A DNA stretch of 64,000 bases from Eledone cirrhosa (Eukaryota): positions 157,108,001 to 157,172,000 of the forward strand of contig OZ024741.1 of assembly GCA_964016885.1 (NCBI GenBank), in the 5' to 3' direction. The notes below the pieces were generated by a model that saw nothing but the letters and a program-made list of their open reading frames with translations, did not search any database and was not told where the DNA came from. Shown piece by piece: positions 26,800 to 38,396 of this stretch (position 1 is its first letter; the number at the start of each line of letters is the position of its first letter). A program made the translations under genes and the position numbers.

Positions 26800-27640
26800 A
26801 GAAAAGGCAGACAGGAATCCTTTTGTATTTTCAATTACTACATTGCATGTGCACAACATGCTATTGATAAAGCATTCTCTGAAGGATGGGGAATTGAGTT
26901 TGTATACACATATATATTCAAATAGAGAGCAGAGGAAGAATGGACGTTTATGTGGAATTGATATCATTCACTAAGACGAAAACTCAAGTGTTAAACAATA
27001 GTGAACTAGTGGAGAAGGAGTTACTTTTCAGCATAGATGAAAGGGTGATAGAGAATGTGAAAGAATTCATTTATTTGGGAAATATGATTTCTAGTGATCT
27101 CAAAGCAATTTCAGTGGTGCTACAAATATCAAAAGCAACAGCTAAGTTTAATGAACTGAGAACAGACAACTATGTTACTATGAATACAAGAAGAAAGTTA
27201 CTTGAAGCATGTGTGGGGTCTCAACTGACATATGGAGTACAATGCTGGCTTCCAAAAGAAACTGAAATATGAAAAATGAAAGCATGCTGGATTCAATTTT
27301 AGTGAAGCATGGTTAAAGAAGGTTGGAGCAAAGTCAACCCTGATGATAAAGAATACAATTTTGTACACACTAACATAGATACAAAATATTGTCAAGACCT
27401 CCACCTTACAAAACTTCATCTATGCGCAACATTTCATATCAGATATGTATGTTGAGCAGAAAATAGTATGTACACAAAAAAATTATTGTTTCTCAAACCA
27501 ACCCAAAGATATTGTCAGGATCCATGGTTGAACTATGCAGAAACTCTAAACCTGATTGTTGATGTGGCTAAGAAGTTAACACAATCAAAATCTGAGTTTG
27601 CCAGGCTAGTCAATGAAACGAACTTCCTTCAATGACTTCA
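26800..27640 (+). mobile_element. Decayed RTE-like LINE C-terminal fragment
   Basis: TKTKTQV..IENVKEFIYLGNMIS..SKATAKFNEL..RRKLLEACVGSQLTYGVQCW. Confidence 0.7.
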
Positions 27641-28156
27641 CTGAAGTTGATGGATTATCCTTCAAAGCAGAAGGGAGCCTTTAAAGACATTATGAGGCCT
27701 CACTAATTAATATTATAAATTAACTAAGATTATACTGCTTAGTTTCAGGCACATCTATGAATGATGAAGCATTAATGAATTGAAGGAAACAATTAGTAAA
27801 AGGGGAATCATATGTCTGTAAGAGAAAAGATTATGCTGGTATGGTTACATCATATGAATGATGATTAATTGCCAAGAAATGCCAATGAAAGAAAATCTGA
27901 GGAAAATCTAGGCAAAGATGGTGTGAGCTAATTTCAAAATATTGAATCACACCAAGGGAGTGATGAAGGAACATGACAAATAGGGGAAAATTGTACAGTA
28001 CTGAAAAAGACTTGGTTAATCCTTTCAAACATGGAAAAGTTGATTGAAAAATGATGATGAAGATTACATGGGGTGGGGTATAAGTATATATATATATTTA
28101 TTAAAAAGAACAATGAAGTTTTGTTAACATGTATTTAAATTTTTATTGTGTATCAA

Positions 28157-28246
28157 CCTGTTATGCGTGTTTCACAGAGGATTAGCACAGGGTCACCCAT
28201 AGATGTTATGGACCTGACTCCATTATTCATCTGCTCATCAGACTGG
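28157..28246 (-). ncRNA. Degenerate type I hammerhead ribozyme motif
   Basis: Minus strand: ccagu CUGAUGA gcaga[hairpin]ucugu GAAA cacgca UA acagg; stem I pairs 4 of 5, stem II is closed, stem III is damaged. Confidence 0.5.
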
Positions 28247-28330
28247 CGATATATAGACAGTATATATATATATATATATATATATATGAAGTTTAGACTA
28301 GGATTATTATTAAAATGGACTTGTGAACGT

Positions 28331-28428
28331 GCATTACTGGTACTTTATTTTATCGACCCTGTAAGAATGAAAGGCAAAGTTAACCTCGGCGGGATTTGAA
28401 CTCAGACCGTAAAAGGCCATAACTCTAT
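28331..28428 (-). mobile_element. Partial Nin/Deu-like SINE
   Basis: Plus strand reads ctggtactttattttatcgacc...aaggcaaagttaacctcggcgggatttgaactcaga. Confidence 0.75.
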
Positions 28429-28664
28429 AGTTATTATTACAAATAGTAATGTTTAAATATAACAAGGAAAACATGAAAATTATTAAAACCTAAAATAGTT
28501 ATTAAAATTTATAAGTGACAAAATATTTACATTCATTAACTATAGATATTTCATTAACTATAATACAAAAGCATGACATACACTAAAATAGATCAAAGAT
28601 GTATACTAATGAGATTTATAAAGTCTATTAATTGAAGTTATGGAAAAAATACTTTTAGAAAATA

Positions 28665-28720
28665 CTAGACTACCCGTGACCCGTTAGGTCACGTTTGCTT
28701 CAAAATATTTTTTTTCAAAT
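28665..28720 (-). mobile_element. Helitron 3' terminus
   Basis: Minus strand: perfect 7-bp hairpin cgtgacc-taacg-ggtcacg followed by ggtagtCTAG|t. Confidence 0.65.
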
Positions 28721-28798
28721 GATGTTCACTTAAAAATAATTTTTAAATAATTAAAATATACACAGACATGTATATAATGTGAAATGAAACTGGAAAGC

Positions 28799-28858
<60 letters not shown>

Positions 28859-28882
28859 GTGTGTGTATGTATATATATATAA

Positions 28883-28919
<37 letters not shown>

Positions 28920-29275
28920 TATGTGTGGGTGTCTGTGATCTATATACATTGGTCATAGATACACACACACATATACACACACATGTATACATACACACGC
29001 ACTCATATATATATATACACATCACCACCAACTCTCTTCCATTCTCCTTCTCTGTCTCCTCTCCCTCTCTCTATGTCTCTCTTTCAATCTACTTTCTCAA
29101 AACCACTATCTCTTCCCATTTCAGGGTCAACTTCCTTTCAAAGTATTTTCCCATTATGCATCTTTATGGCTGTATTACATTACAGACAAGCAAGCAAGCA
29201 ATCACAGACTTAGTATTATATAAATGGATTAAAAGAACATTAAAATTAAGGAAACATAGAACAGCAATTGAATAT

Positions 29276-29630
29276 CTTCTTCTTCTTCTTCTTCTTCTTC
29301 TTCTTCTTCACCTACTTATTCCTGAGAGGGTTGTGGGGGTGTAGAGTCCTCAAACACTCCTTCCAGCAGGTCCTGTCAGAAGCAACGCTCTCCAACTGAT
29401 CCTGCTGGATCCCCAAGCATGACCAGCCAAGCTCATAGATGTTATCCAACCATCTTGCTCGGGGTCTACCCCTAGGTCTCTTTCCAGTTGATTTTGCCCA
29501 TAAAATCTGTCCAGCGATTCTTTCCTGAGATATTCTAACCACATGTCCAGAGTATCAGAGCTGTGATCTCTCAATTCGGAAAAGTAGCGGCTCTACCTGG
29601 AGTGATTCTCTGATCTCCGAACTATGCACT
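29276..29630 (-). mobile_element. RTE family A 3' end with (GAA)n tail
   Basis: GHVVRISQERIAGQIL..GKRPRGRPRARWLDNI..W, a stop, then gtgaagaagaag. Confidence 0.85.
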
Positions 29631-30104
29631 TATTGAATTATATCTATAATTAAAAGAAATCTTTAGTGACTCAAGAAATGTCAATGACTAAATTATATCA
29701 GTACAATAAGGCTGGGAATATAACCAAGGTGGGATTACAATTATATGATAAATAGGAGAAAAAAACCCTTTGAACTTATGTGTGTGTGTGTTAATTAAAA
29801 TTTTGGGTTCATTAAAAACTAGTAGTAATTTTACAAGATAGTTTAACAATAGTAGTATGATACAAATTTTCTAAGTGTTAATAAAAACACTTAAACAAGT
29901 GTATAATGGGTATAATTAATCTGGGTTGAAATTTTTGTGAAAGAAAGAATAAGATGTTGTATGTGGACACGATAAGACTATTTCATTTTTAAAATTGAGA
30001 AGGATAACTTTTGAAGTAATTATTTCTAATGCTTCAGTTAAACAAAGATTGTATTTAGTTCTACCTACATAAGGTTTTGCCGAATTAATAATATTCCATT
30101 TAAA

Positions 30105-30455
30105 ATGAGGGGCCTACTCCTTCAGAACATGAAGATTGTCATGCCATCTGGCCTTTCACCATCCCGTCACTTCAGCTCCACTGACTTGGCCTCGGAAGGA
30201 GAGCCTGCACCATCCAAGCCATGCTTTAGGATCTCCTTGAGAGCATCATGGCATAAGAGGAGGGAAGTACTGTAATAGCAAAACAGTAGGTGGAGACCGA
30301 AAGAATGCACAATGGAACTGCAGAGGCATTTGTGAAGCTCATGTTGCATATCTCCTCAACAGGAGTCGAGATCTGTGAAGAGAGATGCTTGGCTATAGCA
30401 GGAGACACTGCAGAAGGTGTAAAGGAACGTTGGCATGGCAAAGCAGTTCCTTAAC
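30105..30455 (-). mobile_element. CRE-like non-LTR retrotransposon remnant (zinc finger + restriction-like endonuclease)
   Basis: KCLCSSIVHSFGLHLLFC..CHDALKEILKHGLDGAGSPS..RDGERPDGMTI resembles the CCHC + RHD + RPDG signature of CRE-clade elements. Confidence 0.6.
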
Positions 30456-30902
30456 AGAAAGTGCCTTTATTCATAGCTGGGCTTTTAAAATATGTATTTA
30501 TTAAACATACCGCATATCTTTTTATATACGAAATTCACATACATATATGTATACAGCTTTGTTGAAGCTAAGTTTTAATTCTACTTTTAAGTTGAGCCAA
30601 CTTTTACAGCTTCATATACAATTGAGGCTAATCAGCCCACCTTCACAGGCGAAAATATTATATATTCTCATCTGTTTTCAAGTTCCAGCAAAAGACAGCA
30701 GGGAAGCACTGTCCCGATGTGAGTCATTAGCTTGAAATGTCCATAGACAGTTATCCTTTGCTGCTTCTGCTGGAATCCGCTAGATGACGCTAGCCCTCAG
30801 CCTTTATTCATAGCTGGGTTTTCAAAATGTTAATTTATCAAACATACTGTGTATCTTTAAATATACAAAATTCATACGCACACACACACACACACACATA
30901 TA

Positions 30903-32626
30903 TATAGCTTTTGTTGACTTGGAGAAAGCCTTCGACAGAGTCCCCCGTTCCATTATCTGGTGGGCTCTTAGAAAACTAGGTGTTGATGAATGGCTTGTGA
31001 GAGCTATACAAGCCATGTATAAAGAAACAGTCAGCAAGGTTAGAATATAGTGAAGAGTTTAGTGTTTAAAGTTGGTGTACATCAGGGCTCTGTTCTTAGC
31101 CCCCTACTATTTATTATTACCCTTCAGGCTATAACAGTGGAGTTCAAGACCGGCTGCCCATGGGAACTCCTATACGCAGATGATCTAACGCTCATAGCTG
31201 AATCAATGGCCGAGCTAGAGAAGAAATTCGAAACATGGAAGCATGGCCTAGAATCAAAAGGGCTTAAAATTAACCTGGCTAAGACTAAAGTTCTAGTTTG
31301 TAGGAAAGAAAATAAGGCGACGGTCCCTTCCGGGAAATGGCCATGCTCAGTGTGTAGGAAAGGCGTAGGTAGAAACTCCATTTTATGTCCCAAATGCAAA
31401 GTATGGGTGCATAAAAGATGTAGTGGGATCACAGGTAAGCTAACTAAGAACATAGATTTTACATGTGGCCGGTGCTCTGGTGCAATAAGTAGCAGCAAGT
31501 GCCCACAAAATACTAGCTCTTTCAATTGCACAGAGGGTTCTATAGAAATAGTGGACAGCTTCCGTTACCTGGGTGACAAAATCAGCAGTGGGGGAGGGTG
31601 CTCTGAATGTACAGTAGCTAGAGTCAGAACTGGATGGAAAAAGTTCAGAGAGCTTATACCACTATTAGCCACTAAAGGGTTCTCCCTAAAAATGAAAGGC
31701 AAGTTGTATGATGCCTGCATACGAACAGCAATGTTGCATGGCAGTGAGACCTGGGCATTGTGTGCAGAGGATATACGCAGACTAGAGAGGAACGAAGCTT
31801 GCATGCTCCGCTGGATGTGTAATAGTAACATACGTGAACGGCAAAGCATAAGCGAACTAAGGAAAAAATTAGAAATAAGAGGGATCAGATGTTGTTTACT
31901 CGAGAGAAGGCTACGTTGGTATGGTCACGTGATGCGCATGAAAGACGACAGCTGTATAACAAAGTGCAGGGCAATAAAGATAGACGGTAGCTACGGAGTA
32001 GGCAGACCCAGAAAAACCTGGGACGAGCTGATAAATTCCGACGTCACACACTTACACCTCTCCAAGACAATGTCACTGGACCGAGACCTTTGGCGGTACT
32101 CAGTAATAGAGAAGACCCGCCTTACTTAAATACAAAGTAAAACCTACTATAGTCAGTAGGCATCTCTAACAAAATACACCCCGTCCCACCACCCCCACCC
32201 CATCCACACCGTCCCTTTCAATGTAAAGTTATGTTGGTGCCACAACATCCAGGCCGAAACAAATGAGATCGTGTAGGTGTCACGACAAAAAACACGCAGT
32301 CCACGCTGTAATGTGGCCGTGTAGGCAACACGGTAAAAACCTCCCAGCCCCACACTGTAAATGTGGTTGGTGTTAGGAAGGGCATCCAGCTGTAGAAAAC
32401 CCGCCAGACAGTCCACGCTGTAATGTGGCCGTGTAGGCAACACGGTAAAAACCTCCCAGCCCCACACTGTAAATGTGGTTGGTGTTAGGAAGGGCATCCA
32501 GCTGTAGAAAACCCGCCAGACAGTCCTATGCGAGCAAGACAATCACTCTTGCCTCAAGTGGGAAAACACCTGCAAGCGTGGAACACGGACGTTAAACGTT
32601 GATGATGATGATGATGATGATGATGT
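30903..32626 (+). mobile_element. 5'-truncated RTE family B LINE with 3' UTR and (GAT)n tail
   Basis: Begins AFVDLEKAFDRVPR, continues into ORF 31050-32129, and the UTR ends ggacgttaaacgtt(gat)n. Confidence 0.92.
31050..32129 (+). pseudogene. RTE ORF C-terminal half: RT with embedded C4HC3 (PHD-type) finger
   Basis: GVHQGSVLSPLLF, LYADDL, CSVC..CPKC..HKRC..CGRC, FRYLG, HGSETW and RRLRWYGHV, open for 359 codons. Confidence 0.9.
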
Positions 32627-33320
32627 GGGTGTATGTATATAGTCTGTAGGGGGTTAGTTTTATTTACAGTTATTTCTTTTGTTTCAAGTAACCATGACAA
32701 CCACTACACGGTGACAATTACGTAATATTTCATATAAGGTTTCTATTCCTGATCACTTGGTAGTTGATTGGATTTTACAATCTCTCCCCATTCTCATTTA
32801 TCTTTGATTATAACAAAGGCAAAGCTCTGTGAGGTGGTGTCTTCAGGGTTGGATTTTCACCTGCTGAGGCTCTAAGCTATATATATATGAGACCCTTCTC
32901 TACAACAATTTGGGTAAAAAGATTTTCAATAATTATACATTTTTATATTAATGCTAATGATAAAGAGTAAATAATATATATCATCATCATCGTCATCATC
33001 GTTTAACGGCTATTTTCCATGCTAGCATGGGTTAGACGGGTTTGTCCCATTAAAGGCATGTTTGGTCAGGTGACCGTGTCTCATTCATATAGGACTGTTT
33101 CTGGCTGGTTTTCTACAGCTGGATGCCCCTCATAATGCCAACCACATTTACAGTGTGTTGTGGGTGCTTTTTGCCATGTCTCCTACACAACCACTTTACA
33201 GTGTGATCTAGGTGCTTTTTGTCATGACACCTACATGACCACTTTACAGTGTGGGCTGGATGTTTTGTGGTACCAACAAAATATGTATATATATATATAT
33301 ATATAAATATATATATATAC

Positions 33321-33402
<82 letters not shown>

Positions 33403-33520
33403 ATAATTGGGTGGGTCATGCTACCAATAAAAACACATGCACCTGTTGCTTTTCACTTTAATCTATTATAAATTTCCAGTTGGTTGGTTGGTTCGATAAC
33501 CAGATGGTTGTTTATATATT

Positions 33521-33563
33521 GTCAAAGCTCTTTCGTCACACATTCTGTGAACTCCTCAGTGAC
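33521..33563 (-). ncRNA. Minimal type I hammerhead ribozyme motif
   Basis: Minus strand: guca CUGAGGA guucacagaaugugugac GAAA gagc UU ugac; stem I guca/ugac, stem II ucaca/uguga, 2-bp stem III, CUU cleavage triplet. Confidence 0.65.
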
Positions 33564-35019
33564 TGGGTTTCTATTTTGTGTCTCTCCTACACCATCTTTG
33601 TTCTGTCCTACACCATTTTGTATTCGTGAGTTGTGTGCTTAGTTTGTGCATGCATTACATCCAAGTTTGTGTGGGTTTTTATTTATTTATTTATGTGTTT
33701 ATTTACTTGTCACTAGTTGGTTGATTGTTCTATCTGTGTGTGTCTGATTTGTTTTGTTAGTTTGGTTTTTTGTGTGTGTCTTCATTTTGGTCTTAATTAC
33801 TAGTTGTGATGTTGATATTCCACTCATATTTTCTGCTTAATTTTGGTTGGAGTTCATTTATGTTTGCCGTGTCAGTAATTTGTCTGAGCATTGAATCTTT
33901 TCTGTGTGTGGTTATAATTGTTATCTCTATGTCCTCTATTGTGCCCCTATGTTCTATTTTGGCATGTTGGTGGAGTACTGGTGTATTCACGGGGTATATA
34001 ATCCTATCAAGCCCTCTTCAGACTTTAGTCTTTACATTTATTATTACTATATATATATATACACACGTAGATGAATTTGTTTTGCAACAGGAGGAAACAT
34101 AATAGTACTACTGATGACGTCATGGGTGTGTGATGAAAGGACTTTGATAGACTATATATATATATCTATATATATATTTTTAACCATTGGTCAATCAATG
34201 ATAAACATTGATTGCCAGCTAAATTAACTATAGGGATATAAAATATACAGAAATGAAAAACCAATCCAAACCAAACAGTGAGTGTGTTATATTATTATTT
34301 CTGGCAATATTATAACAATATGACCCTCCCCAAATATAACAATATATATATATATATGACTGGCTTCCACACAGTTTTTATCTACCAAATTCCATGGTCA
34401 ACCTGAAGCTATCAGAAGATACTTATAAGAAGATACTTGCCAAAGGATCCTCAAAATGAGACTGAATTTGGAAAAAGAGATTGTGTGGTTATGAAACAAA
34501 CTCCTTAAACCATGCAGCCATGCTTTCACCTACAGGTTTTTATGCTTTTTTTTAACAATATTAAACTTCCCTTATTTGTATTCTATATAATTCCTCACGT
34601 CACATCTTTGCCAAATTTTACACATCTCTCTTATATCAAGATTTGTGATTTGCTTCTTGACACAACTAAACAATACAACCTAATCCTAAAAAAAAATCAC
34701 TTCCCATAAAATGATTAATAAAACAAGAATATTATCTTCTAACCAATGCATTTTACATTACAATGACAGTAATATCCGATTTGTCTTTGACAATATCCTG
34801 AGAAGGTGACCAAGAATCTTGGAGTAGTTAATAGAAAATAGCCATTTCCGTTTCTTAAGATTTGTTAGCATATGTACATGTGTGTATATGTGTATACTTA
34901 TATGTATATATTTATATGCATATATATATATATATGTATGTGTGTGTGTCTGTGTGTGTGTATGTGTGTGTGCTTATATATATATATGTCTGTATGTATA
35001 TATATATATATATATAAAA

Positions 35020-36531
35020 CGAAGGAGGTGTGGTAAGGAACCAGATGGACCATAACGCACCAGAGTACTCAATACTTAGGGTAGTAGAGTGGGTAATAGG
35101 AAAATGTTAGACCCCGACGGCAGAGCTCAAGCCCTTTCGATGGCCATTTCTGGACTAAATTAGAATTTTTAGCGTGGTAAATAAATAGCCGAACTTTTCA
35201 AGGGGTAATTCCTTATATGGGAAGATTGTAGTTGTCAAGAGGATTGGTCAAAATTTCTTGTAAATCTCTAGGGTCTAAAACAGCTGCTATAATTGGTTGG
35301 TATTGCGTTTTCGGCCAATGCTATCTATAATTTACTGTGGTGGGGGTACTGAGGCTACAGAAGCCCGACGGGCTGCCTCGGGGTATGTGAAAGGGGAAAA
35401 AGGAAAAGGAAGAGGATAGGGAGTGAGAGGAAGTGATAGGAAGAGATAAAGGGAAGAAGAAAATAAGAAGGAAAAGAAAAGAGGTGCATCTACCTATGTT
35501 AACTGGGGTTTCCCCTATCTTGTTCGGCAAGTGGGGAAAAGGAGGAAGTTTCAGCCATTGTCTACCCACCCGGGTCATTAGGGGGTTTGAGGGCGAGGTA
35601 AGTCCTACGCAATCGGTGTTTGCATGCAGTTACAAGTTCGTCTTTTTTGTTTAGGAGTTGGTCCTTCATAAACAGCATTTGTAATGTTACCTCCGAGCAT
35701 AAGTTACACGGACGGCATCCTCCCGTGTAGGAGTTAGCCCTGGACAGTAAGCTCCAAGTAAGATTGTATGTTATGTTATTGTCTTGGAGGTCCCAGATGT
35801 GGATCGAAAGTGTTGTGGCATGTCGCCGGGCCGGGTTTCGGAACGTATGTCAATGTTGGTAGAGCCGGGTCTTAAAGTCACAAGCGGTTAATCCTATATA
35901 GGCTTTGTTGGAGGTGTCCCTCCTCACGTTGCATTAGTAGATCACGTTGCGTTCTCGGCATCTGTTGTTGAGGGGGCACGTAGATCTATCAGGGCAGTTA
36001 CACCTCCTGGTTGGCTCTCCACTAATGTCTCGGTTGTTTCTTCCATAGGGGTTGTGTTTCTTGTTGTTTGAGGAGGCGAAGTTTTGTGCGAAGTTGGTGT
36101 GGTGCTGTAGGAGAGTTTGATAGTGTTTTTGTTGATTATGTTGTGGTAGCGGTGTTGTGGTAGCGGTGTTGTGGTGGTAAGTGTTTTTCGAGGACCCTAA
36201 AGAAGATTTTCCCGATAGTTGTTGCCACCTTGGCATTGTGGGGAGGGTTGAACCATGTTACATGGCGTGAGCGGCGACGTCGCCTGCTGGTTCCGCTAAG
36301 GGAAGCTGGATAAAAGGAGATTTCCTCCCGGAAGCCGCTTCGCTTGAGGGCATGGTTGTAATGATAGACTTAATTGTGTTTACAAGAAATTTTGACTAAT
36401 CCACTTGACATCTACAATCTTCCCATATAAGGAATTACTCCTTGAAAAGTTCGGTTATTTATTTACCACGCTAAAAATTCTAATTTAGTCTAGAAATAGC
36501 CGCCGAAACGGCTTGAGCTCTGCCGTCAGGG

Positions 36532-36536
<5 letters not shown>
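35020..36536 (-). mobile_element. Penelope-like element remnant with inverted pseudo-LTR
   Basis: GIY-YIG remnant plus 158-bp inverted repeats at 35107-35264 and 36379-36536; flanked by (TA)n. Confidence 0.85.
35590..36010 (-). pseudogene. GIY-YIG endonuclease of Penelope-like element
   Basis: CNCPDRSTCPLNNRC..NVIY..AYIGLT..FKTRLYQH..TTLSIHIWDL..CNLC..LNKKDELVTACKH, with internal stops. Confidence 0.88.
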
Positions 36537-36594
<58 letters not shown>

Positions 36595-36678
36595 GGAGGT
36601 GAGTTTTATTGTAGTACAATAAAGCAATGCAGATATCGGATAAGAAGCACTCTACAGTTTGTAGGACTGGAGTATACA

Positions 36679-37185
36679 TAATATAAGATCAAAAGATGGT
36701 TAAAGGAGTTCCATGTATTTTATTATGCGCACTTCAAAAACACCCCCCCCCCCCTCCCTAAATAAAATATTTTTTCCTCGTACATATTTTTCCCTTCGTT
36801 CATTTTCAAATTCTTTTAATTTATACATTATCTTCCAACGGTTTTCAACCTCTCTATGTAAAACAATATATCTTCTCTCAGTTATAAAAACTATCTCCTT
36901 CTCTCTATCACCCATCTCTCCCTCTCCACCTTCACTCTCATCTCCTCCCCTTTTTCATCCTTCCCCCCCCCCCTCTCTAAATAAAATATTTTTCCCAATA
37001 TCACACATCTAAAACCACTTTTCATATGTTGATTTAAAACTGCACTATCCACAAGTGTTTTTTAGTCTTCATATCATGTTCTCCTGCTTTATCTGATGAA
37101 AACACAAATATTATTGCATGATGATGTTTGTTTTTGAAATGCGCATAATAAAATACATGGAACTCCTTTAACCATCTTTTGATCT

Positions 37186-37192
<7 letters not shown>
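36679..37192 (+). mobile_element. ~510-bp non-coding element with ~62-bp inverted ends and a hammerhead motif
   Basis: 36679-36741 is the reverse complement of 37130-37192; aaataaaatattttt(t)cc preceded by a C-run is duplicated inside. Confidence 0.7.
37088..37152 (+). ncRNA. Type I hammerhead ribozyme motif with palindromic stem III
   Basis: uuuau CUGAUGA aaacacaaauau...auguuuguuuuu GAAA ugcgca UA auaaa; stem I uuuau/auaaa; predicted cleavage after AUA at 37147. Confidence 0.7.
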
Positions 37193-37248
<56 letters not shown>

Positions 37249-37257
37249 TACATACAT

Positions 37258-37297
<40 letters not shown>

Positions 37298-37669
37298 CAT
37301 CATCATCATCATCATCAACATTTGACATTTATGTTCCAAGCTTGCATAGGTTAGACGGGCTGGAATGTTATGAGGCTACAAAGGTTAGGTGATTGCATTT
37401 TGCTCAAAGAATCCGTTTTTGACTTGGTTTTCTACAGCTGGATACCCTTCTTAATGCTAACCCCCTTACAGTGTAAACTGTATATATAAATATGCATACA
37501 TTGACTTTATATATAAATGTACATACATTACTTTATTTTCATGTCACCAGCAGACAGCTCAACAACTTGGACTGGGTGCTTTTTCCTTGTGTCACCAACA
37601 TGACCATTATACAGGATGAAGAAGCTTGTGTCGGCAGATATTTATATAAAAACACACACACACACACAC

Positions 37670-37702
<33 letters not shown>

Positions 37703-38396
37703 ATATATACATGTGGAAGCTTAGTAAAATCGGAGCTTTGGCTGTGGGCAAGCAAAGTCGACCTACAATATGAATGAGTTAGCAAAGCACTCAATAAGGG
37801 TAGGTCCTTAGAGTAACAACAAATAATATATATATATAGAGAGAGAGAGAGAGAAAGAGACAGAGGGAGAAGTGTAAACTTGAGCTTGGCACCATAGTCG
37901 GCAACATATTGACATGGCTTCTATATGACTGCTAAGACCACCTTAGCTGAAGCAAATCCGTCCACATGCATTACACATAAAATCATTTTGGGCATTTGAA
38001 AATCCAAGTAATGTAATATAATAATGTAATATCGTGCAGATCTCTCTTTAATTTTCCATGCTCCCAACAGGATTTTTCAAATTCCTGTTTTCCATTTAAC
38101 ACAGTTTTCCTCCTGGATGATCGATTTAAGGCAATATACATATGTATATGTGTGTATCATTTTCTTCATCATCATCATTTAACATCCACTTTCCACACTA
38201 GCATGGGTTGGACGGGTTTGTCCTACTTGAAGTAAGATTGGTTGGGTGACCGTGTCTTGCTCGTATAGAACTGTTTCTGGCAGGTTTTTCACGAATAGTA
38301 ATAATGATTATGAAGACCAAAATCCAAAGAGGGCTAGTTAAGTATTATATATATAAGCAATTTTTTGCTTAAACTTTAATCTGATGATGATGATAT

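Noticed and set aside
32815-32855. Hammerhead-like ctgaaga...agagctttg on the minus strand
   Set aside because: Lacks GAAA and a stem II.
35107-35165. Hammerhead in the Penelope pseudo-LTR (cgaaa(g/c)ggcttgag)
   Set aside because: GAAA is present, but no CUGANGA core can be read in either arm.
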